NCBI GenBank assembly: GCA_963759985.1
Contig: CAVXBI010000002.1
Location: 105,111-169,110, forward strand
Source: an uncultured Alphaproteobacteria bacterium
GTDB taxonomy: Bacteria; Pseudomonadota; Alphaproteobacteria; Rhizobiales; Beijerinckiaceae
Reading direction: 5' to 3'
Length of the DNA: 64,000 nt
The translations under genes were made by a program, and so were the position numbers. How positions within the stretch are numbered: position 1 is the stretch's first letter; each line of letters opens with the position of its first letter. Shown here piece after piece: positions 53,790 through 63,435 of the stretch. The notes under the pieces are model-generated. The model was not told where the DNA came from and made no database searches. It was given only the letters and a program-made list of their open reading frames with translations.

Positions 53790-54209
53790 CTAAGCGGCCT
53801 TTGTCGTAGGGTGAGCATCCTTGTTCTGCCGTTTGATTTCCTCGGCCGTTTGGCGGGCGAATTCATTGAGCTTCTCGCTCATCTCAGTCCATGTTTTGGT
53901 CTGCAGCGAAAGATTTTCGGACAGATTTGCGATGAGACTCGATTCGGCACCAAGCAGATCCTTTGTCGCGCGGACGCGGAGCATTTCGGAAAATGTCCGG
54001 GCCATCTCTTCATTTGCAGCAAGCAAGGTCTTGAGTTGAAGATGCGATGCCTCGCCATAGATCGTCTGCAGGTCGGTGGCCAATTTCTGGAAACGTTTGA
54101 TCTGCTCCGATGCGGCGCCGATTCCGTTAATGTTTGGAATGCCCCACCAAGTCAGTAGGGCATTAACCCGCTTCAGATTGCTGGCAATACTTTCTGCCAT
54201 CTTATCCAT
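53790..54209 (-). CDS. Phasin-like helical hypothetical protein
   Basis: AGGAGG SD, amphipathic helical composition, PHB gene context. Confidence 0.55.
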   Translation of the reverse strand: MDKMAESIASNLKRVNALLTWWGIPNINGIGAASEQIKRFQKLATDLQTIYGEASHLQLKTLLAANEEMARTFSEMLRVRATKDLLGAESSLIANLSENLSLQTKTWTEMSEKLNEFARQTAEEIKRQNKDAHPTTKAA

Positions 54210-54250
54210 CGTTTCCTCCTTCTTGTGTTTATTCCCGCGTAAAATCCCCG

Positions 54251-54974
54251 TCATTCCAGATATTTTCCGCCGTTGATTGAAAGAGTCGTCCCGGTGATGA
54301 AGCCGGCATCATCGGCAACGAGAAAGAGAACGCCACGCGCGATCTCTTCGGGTTTCGCGAGCCGCCTCATCGGTATGCCAGCCACGATGCCGGCGACGAT
54401 ATTCGCGGGAACCGCACGAACCATTGCGGTGTCGGTATATCCCGGAGCGATGGCGTTCACCGTAATCCCGCGTGCAGCGCCTTCAAGCGCGAGCGCCTTG
54501 GTGAACCCAATGATGCCTGCCTTCGCCGCCGAATAGTTCGTCTGGCCGAATTGGCCCGACAGGGCATTGACGGAACTGATGTTGACGATCCTGCCGAAAC
54601 GACGCTCACGCATTCCGCCGATTACGGCATGGGACATGTTGAAACAGCCCCCGAGGTCAACGTCGATCACGCTGCGCCATTGTTCGGGCGTCATCTTGTG
54701 CAAGGTGCTGTCGCGGGTGATGCCGGCGTTGTTGACCAGGATTTCGATCGGTCCCATCTCTTTGACGATCGAGTCGACGCCCTTCTTGACTCGCTTCGAA
54801 GTCGGCCACGTCCCAACTTCGTACCGGAATCTTGGTCTCGCTATTGAAGGCCCTGGCATCTGCGTCATTTCCAAAATAGTTCACGGCGACCGAATAGCCA
54901 GAACTCTTGAGGAGCCTGGCAGTCGCGGCGCCGATGCCGCTGACCCCTCCGGTAATCAAAGCAATCCTGCCCAT
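54251..54974 (-). CDS. phbB: Acetoacetyl-CoA reductase, apparent +1 frameshift near 54790
   Basis: ALITGGVSGIG, VNNAGITRD, GQFGQTNYSAAK, SINGG. Confidence 0.92.
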
Positions 54975-55049
54975 CTTGATCTCTGCGTGAAACCCGCGAC
55001 CAACGTTTGTCTTGCAGTTGATCTTGAAATCCTACCCGCGCGGAAATGC

Positions 55050-55430
55050 CTACGACTGCTTCGAGGCTTGATGCAGCGCTTCGGAATAGATGCCGAAAAG
55101 TTTCCATCCATAGTCCTTGTAGAGGTCGTTGATGTGCCGCATCTGCGTGACCATGCGATCCGTGCGATCATGCAGCTGATCGCAATAAGTGGAAATCGTC
55201 TCGCCCGGGTCTTCTCCGATCTTGACGGGAAACAGTGATTTGGTGGCTTGCTCGGTTTCGAGACGAAGCAACTCTGTCTGGCTCTCCCAGACCGATCGGG
55301 CGGTTTTAACCATGAGTTCGTTGAGCCGTGTGAACAGCGCGACGCCGCGCTCCTGCGCCCCGACGATATTGAATGGAATTTGCGTTTCGGCCGACGAATC
55401 CTTTGCCGCCGTCTGGGTTTTGTCGAGCAT
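55050..55430 (-). CDS. Phasin family protein
   Basis: AGGAG SD, helical phasin-like pattern; divergent from phaC. Confidence 0.65.
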   Translation of the reverse strand: MLDKTQTAAKDSSAETQIPFNIVGAQERGVALFTRLNELMVKTARSVWESQTELLRLETEQATKSLFPVKIGEDPGETISTYCDQLHDRTDRMVTQMRHINDLYKDYGWKLFGIYSEALHQASKQS

Positions 55431-55488
55431 AGTCTCCTCCTGTATTTGGGCTGGAGGCGAAAAAAGACATGCATTAACGGTGGCGGCA

Positions 55489-55502
55489 TTGATCTTGATC
55501 AA
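55489..55502. promoter_or_regulatory. Perfect FixK/FNR box (phasin side)
   Basis: TTGAT-CTTG-ATCAA. Confidence 0.85.
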
Positions 55503-55564
55503 CGCGGTGCCGATAACAACTAAGGTGATAACGGCCAAGGCGTCACGGACTCGCCCTGCTGCGG

Positions 55565-55578
55565 TTGATTGGCATCAA
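55565..55578. promoter_or_regulatory. Perfect FixK/FNR box (phaC side)
   Basis: TTGAT-TGGC-ATCAA. Confidence 0.85.
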
Positions 55579-55692
55579 ATCCACGCTGACGCGATAGTGT
55601 ATTGTTTTTGGCTTAAGCAATGTTGGCTGGCTCTCGCGTTACGCCATTTGCCTCGCCACGACGCTTCCCCTTTTTATATGGGAGTTTTCGCA

Positions 55693-57574
55693 ATGCCGGA
55701 GTTACGCCTTGCCAAACAACGTGTTGGCCTTGATTTCGCGCTCCGAAGCAGGGAGCGTTAGCGCTACGGAGGCTGGCGCGGACTCACCGTCGCGCGATGG
55801 CTCGCACCCGAAGGAGGGTGATTCTGCAAAATCCGGCCTCGTCCATTCGCCCGCGCAAAAGAATCCGGCCCCCAAGTCGGTATCAGCCTGCGCCAAGGAG
55901 GATTCGCTCGATCGGCTTCTGCATGCGCGTGAGGCGCGCTTCACCGGCTCGCTATCGCTGATATCCTTGCGGCTCGCCTTTCTGGATTGGATCCTGCATC
56001 TCGCCAACGCCCCAGGACGGCGCCTCCAGCTGGCCGAGTTCGCGACGCACCAATGGGCGCGGCTCGCCACGCCTACGCAATGGACGAAGCCGCTGCCTGG
56101 AGATCATCGCTTTAGCGACCCCGCATGGTCGTATCCGCCGTTCAATTTCATCGCGCAGTCATTTCTGCTGGGCGAAGAATGGTGGCATGCCGCCACGGCT
56201 AGTCTGCCCGGCGTAACAAAGTCTCACAGCGATGTTGTCGCCTTCACGGCGCGGCAGATTTTCGACGTCTTCGCGCCGTCGAATTTTCCTTGGACCAACC
56301 CCGAAGTGCTGAGAGCGACGAAGGCGCAGCATGGCTGGAATTTCGTGAGGGGCTACCAAAATCTCCTGGAAGATTTGCAGCGCTTGGCGAATGGCCTTCC
56401 GCTTGACGATGACGCGAAAGGCTTCGAGGTCGGAAAAGATGTCGCAGCGACGCCGGGCAAGGTTGTCATGCGCAACGAACTCATGGAGCTGATCCAATAT
56501 CAGCCGACGACAGCCACTGTCCGCCCCGAGCCGATCCTGGTCGTTCCTGCCTGGATCATGAAATATTATATTCTCGACCTTTCGCCGCATAATTCATTTA
56601 TCGGCTATCTGGTCTCGCAGGGCTTCACCGTCTTTTGCATTTCCTGGCGCAATCCCGGCGCTGAGTTGCGCGACATCGGGCTCGAAGATTATAGGCGCCT
56701 CGGGCTTATGGCCGCCCTCGATGCGGTCAGGGCGATTTGCGGCGACCACAAAGTGCATGCTTGCGGCTATTGCCTCGGCGGCACATTGCTCGCCATCGGC
56801 GCTGCCGCCATGGCGCGCGACGGAGACGACCGTCTCGCGAGCGCGACCATGCTTGCGGCGCAGACGGACTTCACGGAAGCCGGCGAGTTGCAGCTTTTCA
56901 CGGACGAAAGCCAGTTGGCATTGCTCGACGACGTGATGTGGCAGCAGGGCTATCTGGACAGCACGCAGATGGCGGGTGCTTTTCAGATGTTGCGACCTAA
57001 CGATCTCATCTGGTCGCGTCTCATCAAGAGCTATTTGTTGGGCGAGCGGGAGCATCCTTTCGACCTGATGGCCTGGAACGCGGACGCGACGCGCATGCCC
57101 TTCCGCATGCATTCCGAATATCTGCACCAAATGTTCCTCAACAACGACCTCGCCGAAGGCCGCTACGAGGTTGAGGGCCAACCGGTTGCGATCTCCGAAA
57201 TCCACGTGCCGATCTTTGCCGTAAGCACCGAGACGGATCACGTCGCGCCCTGGCGCTCGGTCTATAAGATCCACCTGCTCAACCAGGGTGATATAACTTT
57301 TGTGCTCACCTCGGGCGGGCACAACGCCGGGATCGTCAGCGAACCGGGGCACAAGGGTCGGCATTTCCGTATAGCCCATAGGGCGCGACTCGCGCCCTAT
57401 GTCGCGCCGGAAGCTTGGATGGCCACCGCAGCGGAACGCGAGGGCTCCTGGTGGCCGGTTTTGGTTGCCTGGCTGAGCGAACGCTCCGGTGATCCGATCG
57501 CGCCGCCGCCGCTTGGAGCCAAGGCCTATCCCGCCGTCGCCGACGCGCCGGGCACTTATGTGCGCGAGACCTGA
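55693..57574 (+). CDS. phaC: Class I PHA synthase (possible +1 frameshift ~55708 after ATG 55693)
   Basis: GYCLGG lipase box, WIMKYYILDL, WNAD.TRMP, DHVAPW, SGGHNAG. Confidence 0.95.
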
Positions 57575-57589
57575 GCGAGGAAAATTCTG

Positions 57590-59017
57590 ATGGATGCCGC
57601 GACTCCCGCATCGGACGGGATGATCGAGAACCGGACCTTCGATGAGATCGCTATCGGCGAAAGCACCAGCATCTCGCGCAAAGTGACCCAGCAGGACATC
57701 GATCTTTTCGCCGTGATCTCGGGCGACGTCAATCCGGCTCACATGGACCCGGCCTATGCGGCGACCGACATCTTCCACAGGGTGATCGCGCACGGCATGC
57801 TGGGCGCCGGCCTGATCTCCGGCGTTCTTGGTACTAAATTGCCTGGGCCGGGGACGATTTATCTCGGCCAAGATCTCCGTTTCCTGCGCCCGGTCAACAT
57901 TGGCGATACGATCACTGCGACCCTGAAGGTGACGGAAAAGCATCCGGAGAAGGGCGATCTCATCCTCGATTGCCGCTGCACCAACCAAAGCGGCGAACTC
58001 GTTATCAGCGGAACGGCGCATGTGCGAGCTCCGCGCGAGAAGATACGCCGCCCGCGCGTCGAGCTGCCGGATGTGCTTTTGAGCCGGCACGAACAATTCC
58101 GCGCGCTCTTAGCGGCGGCGGCGGGACACGAGCCCCTGCCGACCGCCGTCGCTCATCCTTGCGATGCCAATGCGATTGGCGCGGCAGTTGAAGCGGCGCA
58201 TGCCGGCCTTATCGTGCCGATCCTGGTTGGGCCGAAGGCCAAGATCCTCAAAGCCGCAGAGGCTGCCAAGGTCGATATTTCGGGCTTTCGGCTGGTCGAT
58301 GCGCCGCATAGCGATGCGGCGGCCGCGGCGGCCGTGGCCCTCGTGAAAACGGGCGAGGCGGTCTTGCTGATGAAGGGCTCGCTGCATACCGACGAACTGC
58401 TTCATGCCGTGCTTGCGCCGGAGGCCGGACTGCGCACGGAGCGTCGGCTCAGCCATGTCTATCTGATGGACGTGCCGAGCTATCCGCGTCCTCTGCTCGT
58501 GACCGATGCAGCGGTCAACATCGCCCCAGATCTCGAACAGAAACGCGACATCATCCAGAACGCCATCGACCTTGCCCACGTCATGGGAATCGAATGTCCG
58601 AAGGTTGCGGTGCTCTCGGCGATCGAGACAGTCAATCCGAAGCTGCAATCGACCCTCGATGCCGCGGCGCTCTGCAAGATGGCGGATCGCGGCCAGATCA
58701 CAGGCGCTTTGCTCGATGGACCGCTCGCTTTCGACAACGCGGTCAGTCCGGCGGCCGCTGCGGAGAAGGGGATCGTCTCCAAGGTTGCAGGGCAGGCCGA
58801 TATTCTCATCGTTCCTGACATCGAAGCCGGCAATATGCTCGCCAAACAGCTCACGTTTCTGGCCGGGGCGGATGCAGCCGGCGTCGTTCTTGGCGCGCGG
58901 GTACCGATCATTCTGACGAGCCGCGCAGATGGGGAGCGTACGCGCATGGCCTCTTGCGCCGTCGCGGTGTTGATTGCCAGACGCGCGGCCGCCGCGCGGA
59001 AACCCGTTGGGGCATAA
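57590..59017 (+). CDS. Bifunctional MaoC-type enoyl-CoA hydratase / phosphate acetyl(butyryl)transferase
   Basis: SGDVNPAH, AHGM hydratase motifs; MKGSLHTDEL, TDAAVNI, DGPLAFDNA, EAGNMLAK, ILTSRAD. Confidence 0.93.
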   Translation: MDAATPASDGMIENRTFDEIAIGESTSISRKVTQQDIDLFAVISGDVNPAHMDPAYAATDIFHRVIAHGMLGAGLISGVLGTKLPGPGTIYLGQDLRFLRPVNIGDTITATLKVTEKHPEKGDLILDCRCTNQSGELVISGTAHVRAPREKIRRPRVELPDVLLSRHEQFRALLAAAAGHEPLPTAVAHPCDANAIGAAVEAAHAGLIVPILVGPKAKILKAAEAAKVDISGFRLVDAPHSDAAAAAAVALVKTGEAVLLMKGSLHTDELLHAVLAPEAGLRTERRLSHVYLMDVPSYPRPLLVTDAAVNIAPDLEQKRDIIQNAIDLAHVMGIECPKVAVLSAIETVNPKLQSTLDAAALCKMADRGQITGALLDGPLAFDNAVSPAAAAEKGIVSKVAGQADILIVPDIEAGNMLAKQLTFLAGADAAGVVLGARVPIILTSRADGERTRMASCAVAVLIARRAAAARKPVGA

Positions 59018-59019
59018 GC

Positions 59020-60219
59020 GTGGCGGATGCGGTTCTGACCCTGAATTCAGGCTCGTCGAGCATCAAATTTTCGCTCTTCGAAGTGAGCGGTCTCGATCGC
59101 TTGACTTTCGCGGCTAAGGGCGAGATCGAGGGAATCGGCTCGGCACCGCATTTTTTCGCACGCAATGCGGAAGGCGTGGCACTCGCCGAAAGGCGCTGGC
59201 CGGATCCAAACCAGGACTTCCAGTCGCTTCTTGAAACGGTGATCGATTGGACCGAGACTCATCTCGGTGGCGATCATCTGATCGCCGTTGGTCATCGCGT
59301 GGTGCATGGCGGCCCCGATCATTGCCGACCGGGAAGAGTGACGCCCGAACTCCTCGCGGCGCTCGATCGCCTGACGCCGCTCGCCCCCCTGCACGAGCCG
59401 CATAACGTCGCGCCGATCCGCGCTATCGCCGCGACGCGGCCGAACCTACTCCAAGTTGCCTGTTTCGATACGGCCTTCCATCACACCATGCCGGTCGTTG
59501 CGACCCGCTTTGCGCTGCCACGCGAATATGAGGCGGCCGGGGTGCGCCGCTATGGCTTCCATGGTCTGTCATATGAATATATCGCGGGTCGGCTGCGTAA
59601 TGTCGCTCCGGCCCTTGCCGCAGGGCGGGTTATCGCCGCGCATCTCGGGAACGGCGCGAGCCTTTGCGCCATGCATGCCGGCCGCAGCATCGACACGACA
59701 ATGGGGTTTACGGCGCTTGACGGACTCGTGATGGGAACGCGCTGCGGAAATATCGACCCCGGCGTCATCCTCTATCTCGAAGAAGAACGGGGGATGGCAT
59801 CCAAGCAGATCCAGGACCTTCTTTATCTGAAGTCTGGGCTCCTCGGCGTCTCCGGTGGGATCGCCAGCGACATGCGCACGCTTCTTTTGAGCAGCGATCC
59901 GCGCGCGACCGAAGCCATCGAACTTTTCGTCTATCGAATCGCCCGCGAGATCGGCGCGCTCACGAGCTCGCTCGGCGGCCTCGACGGTCTCGTTTTCACC
60001 GCTGGGATCGGCGAGCATGCGCCGGCGATTCGCGCGGCCGTCTGCCGGCGCCTTGCTTGGCTCGGCGTCGCAATCGACGCGGAAGCAAACGACCGCAACG
60101 CCACACGGATCAGCACCCCGGCGAGCCGCATCGCCGTCCACGTAATCCCGACCAACGAGGAAGCGATGATCGCCCGGCACACGCTCGATACGATCGGCGC
60201 GCCGACGCCGGCGGCATGA
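59020..60219 (+). CDS. ackA: Acetate/propionate family kinase
   Basis: LNSGSSSIK, GHRVVHGG, FDTAFH, RRYGFHGLSY, HLGNGAS, FTAGIGE. Confidence 0.95.
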   Translation: MADAVLTLNSGSSSIKFSLFEVSGLDRLTFAAKGEIEGIGSAPHFFARNAEGVALAERRWPDPNQDFQSLLETVIDWTETHLGGDHLIAVGHRVVHGGPDHCRPGRVTPELLAALDRLTPLAPLHEPHNVAPIRAIAATRPNLLQVACFDTAFHHTMPVVATRFALPREYEAAGVRRYGFHGLSYEYIAGRLRNVAPALAAGRVIAAHLGNGASLCAMHAGRSIDTTMGFTALDGLVMGTRCGNIDPGVILYLEEERGMASKQIQDLLYLKSGLLGVSGGIASDMRTLLLSSDPRATEAIELFVYRIAREIGALTSSLGGLDGLVFTAGIGEHAPAIRAAVCRRLAWLGVAIDAEANDRNATRISTPASRIAVHVIPTNEEAMIARHTLDTIGAPTPAA

Positions 60220-60254
60220 CTAGATCAAGGCACAACCTTTAAGGAATTTCAGAA

Positions 60255-61055
60255 ATGTCGAACGCTATCGAAGTGGCGCAAGCCGCGCCTCTCGTTGATT
60301 TGCGCGGCAAGCGGGGTCTCATCATCGGGATCGCCAATGAGCATAGTATCGCGGCAGGTTGCGCCGAGGCCTTTGCTCGGACCGGTGCGCGGCTCGCGGC
60401 GACCTATCTCGATGCCAAGGCGGAGCCCTTCGTTCGCGCCGTGACCGACCGGCTCGGCTGCGAGCTCGTCCTGCCTTGCGACGTGCGTATCCCGGGACAG
60501 CTTGAGGATGTGTTCGCTGAGATCAAGGCGAAGTGGGGCGGCCTCGACTTTCTTCTGCATTCGATCGCCTTCGCGCCGCGCGAGGATCTGCATGGCCGTG
60601 TGACCGACTGCTCGGCCGCGGGCTTCGACATCGCCATGAATGTCTCCTGCCATTCTTTCATTCGTATGGCCCATCTCGCCGAGCCTTTGATGCCGGGCGG
60701 CGGCTGTCTTCTGGCCGTGACTTTCTATGGGTCGGAGCGGGTCGTCGCGCATTACAATCTCATGGGGCCGGTCAAAGCGGCGCTCGAGAGCAGCATGCGC
60801 TATGTCGCGGCCGAGCTCGGCCCCAAAGGCATCCGGGCGCATGCGATTTCGCCGGGTCCCATCCGGACGCGGGCGGCGAGCGGCATCGAGCAGTTCGACG
60901 AGTTGCTGGAAGAGGCGGCCGCCCACACCCCGGAGCATCATCTGGTCGACATCCAAGACGTCGGCAATCTCGCCGCTTTCCTGGTCAGCGATGCCGCTCG
61001 CAGGATCACAGGCACGGTCATCCCGGTCGATGGAGGGGAACATTTAACCGCCTAG
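60255..61055 (+). CDS. fabI: Enoyl-ACP reductase FabI-like
   Basis: GIANEHSIA, LHSIAFAP, YNLMGPVKAALE, ISPGPIRTRAASG. Confidence 0.9.
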   Translation: MSNAIEVAQAAPLVDLRGKRGLIIGIANEHSIAAGCAEAFARTGARLAATYLDAKAEPFVRAVTDRLGCELVLPCDVRIPGQLEDVFAEIKAKWGGLDFLLHSIAFAPREDLHGRVTDCSAAGFDIAMNVSCHSFIRMAHLAEPLMPGGGCLLAVTFYGSERVVAHYNLMGPVKAALESSMRYVAAELGPKGIRAHAISPGPIRTRAASGIEQFDELLEEAAAHTPEHHLVDIQDVGNLAAFLVSDAARRITGTVIPVDGGEHLTA

Positions 61056-61058
61056 CGG

Positions 61059-61072
61059 TTGATCGGAATCAA
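61059..61072 (+). promoter_or_regulatory. Perfect FixK/FNR box upstream of USP
   Basis: TTGAT-CGGA-ATCAA. Confidence 0.85.
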
Positions 61073-61133
61073 AGCCTCGAACCTTTCCGTCACATATTTC
61101 TGCCTGCAGCTATCGCTCGCGGGAGATCGTGCC

Positions 61134-61964
61134 GTGGCCTTTACGACCTTGATGGTGCGTTTGGAGCTTGGGCATTCGAACGCAAACCTTCTCAAAATCG
61201 TTGGCCATCTTGCGGAACGATTCCGCGCCAATGTCATCGGCATTACCGCCTGCCAGCCGATCGAGACGGCTTACGGCGACAGCTATCTTGCCGGCCCTTT
61301 CGTCGCGCAAGATCGCGACGAGATTGAAAAAGAAATCAAGGCCGCCGAGGTCGAGTTCCGAAGCGCGCTCTGCGCCTGCGCCGGCAATCTCGAATGGCGC
61401 GCGACGGTGACGTTTGCGCCGCTTTCCGAGTATGTGGCGCAGGAGGCGCGCAGCGCGGACCTCCTGATAACCGGAGCGGATTCCGGGCGGCCGTTGTTGG
61501 GCGGCTCAAGATATCTCGACACGGGCGACCTGGTCATAAGGCTGGGGCGGCCCGTCCTGATCGTTCCGGCCGGTGCAAACGAGCTGAAATTGGAGCATGT
61601 CGTCGTCGGATGGAAGGAGACGCGCGAGGCGCGTCGGGCCGCCGCTGACGCCCTGCCGTTTTTGCGAGTTGCCAAGCGGGTGACGGTCGTCGAGATTGCG
61701 GACGAGGAGAATCGGGCCTCGGCTCGCGCCCATCTCGATGACGTCGTGAGTTGGCTCAAGCGACACGATATTTTGGCAAAGCCGCTGGTGTCGGCGGCGA
61801 AGCGCGACGATGCCGGCCAACTTGATGCGATCACCCGGGAATTGCGAGCCGATCTCGTCGTTGCCGGTGCCTATGGTCACAGCCGGATGCGCGAATGGGT
61901 GCTTGGCGGGGTAACGCGCGATCTTCTGCTCTGCGCCGACACGTGTTCACTCGTATCTCACTGA
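61134..61964 (+). CDS. Tandem-domain universal stress protein
   Basis: VVGWKETREARRA..DALP, DLVVAGAYGHSRMREWVLGGVTR. Confidence 0.93.
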   Translation: MAFTTLMVRLELGHSNANLLKIVGHLAERFRANVIGITACQPIETAYGDSYLAGPFVAQDRDEIEKEIKAAEVEFRSALCACAGNLEWRATVTFAPLSEYVAQEARSADLLITGADSGRPLLGGSRYLDTGDLVIRLGRPVLIVPAGANELKLEHVVVGWKETREARRAAADALPFLRVAKRVTVVEIADEENRASARAHLDDVVSWLKRHDILAKPLVSAAKRDDAGQLDAITRELRADLVVAGAYGHSRMREWVLGGVTRDLLLCADTCSLVSH

Positions 61965-62015
61965 AGGATCAGATGATCGGCGCCCGATCCGGCGCGCCTT
62001 GAGGCGGAGGATTGA

Positions 62016-62264
62016 ATGACGGACATCATCGTCAGTGCCGACTTATGGTCGACAGGTATGCTGCCAGAAGGCATCGTGGAAAAGTGGTTTGTCGCCGATG
62101 GAGCCGTCGTCAAGGAGGGCGATCCGGTTGCGCAGGTAAAAATTGAAGATGCGCGCCATGAACTGATCACGCCCGCAGCGGGACGGCTCGTTATCCTGTC
62201 GGTCCCCGATAGTATCGTCGAACCGGACTCCGTGATCGGGCAGGTCTTTCCATTTGCTGCGTGA
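62016..62264 (+). CDS. Stand-alone biotin/lipoyl-fold protein lacking the attachment lysine
   Basis: EGIVEKWFVADG..V..GD, (D/E)K replaced by ED, PAAG. Confidence 0.8.
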   Translation: MTDIIVSADLWSTGMLPEGIVEKWFVADGAVVKEGDPVAQVKIEDARHELITPAAGRLVILSVPDSIVEPDSVIGQVFPFAA

Positions 62265-62285
62265 AGATGTCAGATGGAAATTCGC

Positions 62286-63425
62286 TCAGCTCTTGCCCCG
62301 ATCTGTCGCTGGCGCGAGACCTGCCATCCAGGTGATCAGATTAGCGACCGTCTGGCTGAAGGCCTTGTCGAAGGCTGCGACGATGGCCGATGTGTCTTCT
62401 CCCGTGGTCGGCACAGAAGCGTGGAAGAGCTGCATGCTGGTGACGCGGCCGTCGGCCGTGACGATCTTGGCGGCAAATGCGACATCCGCCGTGGGCGGGG
62501 TGCCTGTGAGCGCGAAATTGCGCAAATCGAGCACAAGCTGGTTGCTTGTTGTCGCGCCCATCGGTTCTGCCATTGTGGTTTGCATCCCGGCGTTCTCGAG
62601 GCTCTCCATGATCTTCGCTTGGATGAGTTTTGGTATGGCGTCGCTCCACTGCGCATCGCCGACCTGCGATAATTGGCCGTCGGCCGAGCGCGAGAGGATC
62701 CGCTGCGTATCGAGTGCGACCACGGCCGTCGGCTCGGCCACGGCGATTTGCCCGTGCAGCGCGGTGGAGGACGGAATGCTCACCGTCAGGTCATAAAGCG
62801 GCTTGGGCTTTTCGGCGGGTCCGCCCCCCGCGAGATGCTCGAGCCCGGCCATGATGGCGTCCATGCGGCCGGAATTGCGCGCCAACGCCCCTGAAAAAGT
62901 CTTCAGATTGTCGATCGTGTCTTTCAGGGACTTCCTGTTTTCCGCCAGGATCTTATCGACGTGCTGCAGAGTTCCGCGCGCGGTCTGAGTCAAGTCCTCG
63001 CCCGCTGCGGCGTCGGCGACAAGGATAGCCGGCACGCCCGGAGAGCTCGACAGCAGGGGAGATGTCGGAGTGCCGCCGCTGAGGGAGATCAGCGCTGTAC
63101 CCATCAGACCCTGGAAGTCGACGTTGACTTTCGTATCGGCGCGTAGCGGAGTGCCTTGCGCAACCGCGATCGTCGCGATGACCTCGCCCGGATTTTTGCT
63201 ATCGAGCCGTAGCCCGGTGACTTCCCCGACGCGGATGCCGTTGAACTGGACGGCAGCGCCCGTCTGCAATCCCGACACGGCGCCCTGGAAGCGGATCTCA
63301 TAGGCATCGCGCTTGCCAATCCCGCTGGTGTTGTTGTTGTTCAGCCAATAGACGAAGACGAAGCCGGCCACGATGGCGACAATCGCGAATAGTCCGACCA
63401 GAATGTAGCGCGCGCTCGTTTCCAT
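62286..63425 (-). CDS. MlaD/MCE protein fused to ABC auxiliary (PqiC-like) domain
   Basis: METSARY.LVG, VSGLQTGAAVQFNGIRVGEV, C-terminal AQWSDAIP...LDLRNF. Confidence 0.88.
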   Translation of the reverse strand: METSARYILVGLFAIVAIVAGFVFVYWLNNNNTSGIGKRDAYEIRFQGAVSGLQTGAAVQFNGIRVGEVTGLRLDSKNPGEVIATIAVAQGTPLRADTKVNVDFQGLMGTALISLSGGTPTSPLLSSSPGVPAILVADAAAGEDLTQTARGTLQHVDKILAENRKSLKDTIDNLKTFSGALARNSGRMDAIMAGLEHLAGGGPAEKPKPLYDLTVSIPSSTALHGQIAVAEPTAVVALDTQRILSRSADGQLSQVGDAQWSDAIPKLIQAKIMESLENAGMQTTMAEPMGATTSNQLVLDLRNFALTGTPPTADVAFAAKIVTADGRVTSMQLFHASVPTTGEDTSAIVAAFDKAFSQTVANLITWMAGLAPATDRGKS

Positions 63426-63435
63426 CGCTTTGCCC

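Noticed and set aside
60217-60228. FixK-like site upstream of fabI (ATGACTAGATCAA)
   Set aside because: Only the right half-site matches and the spacing is wrong
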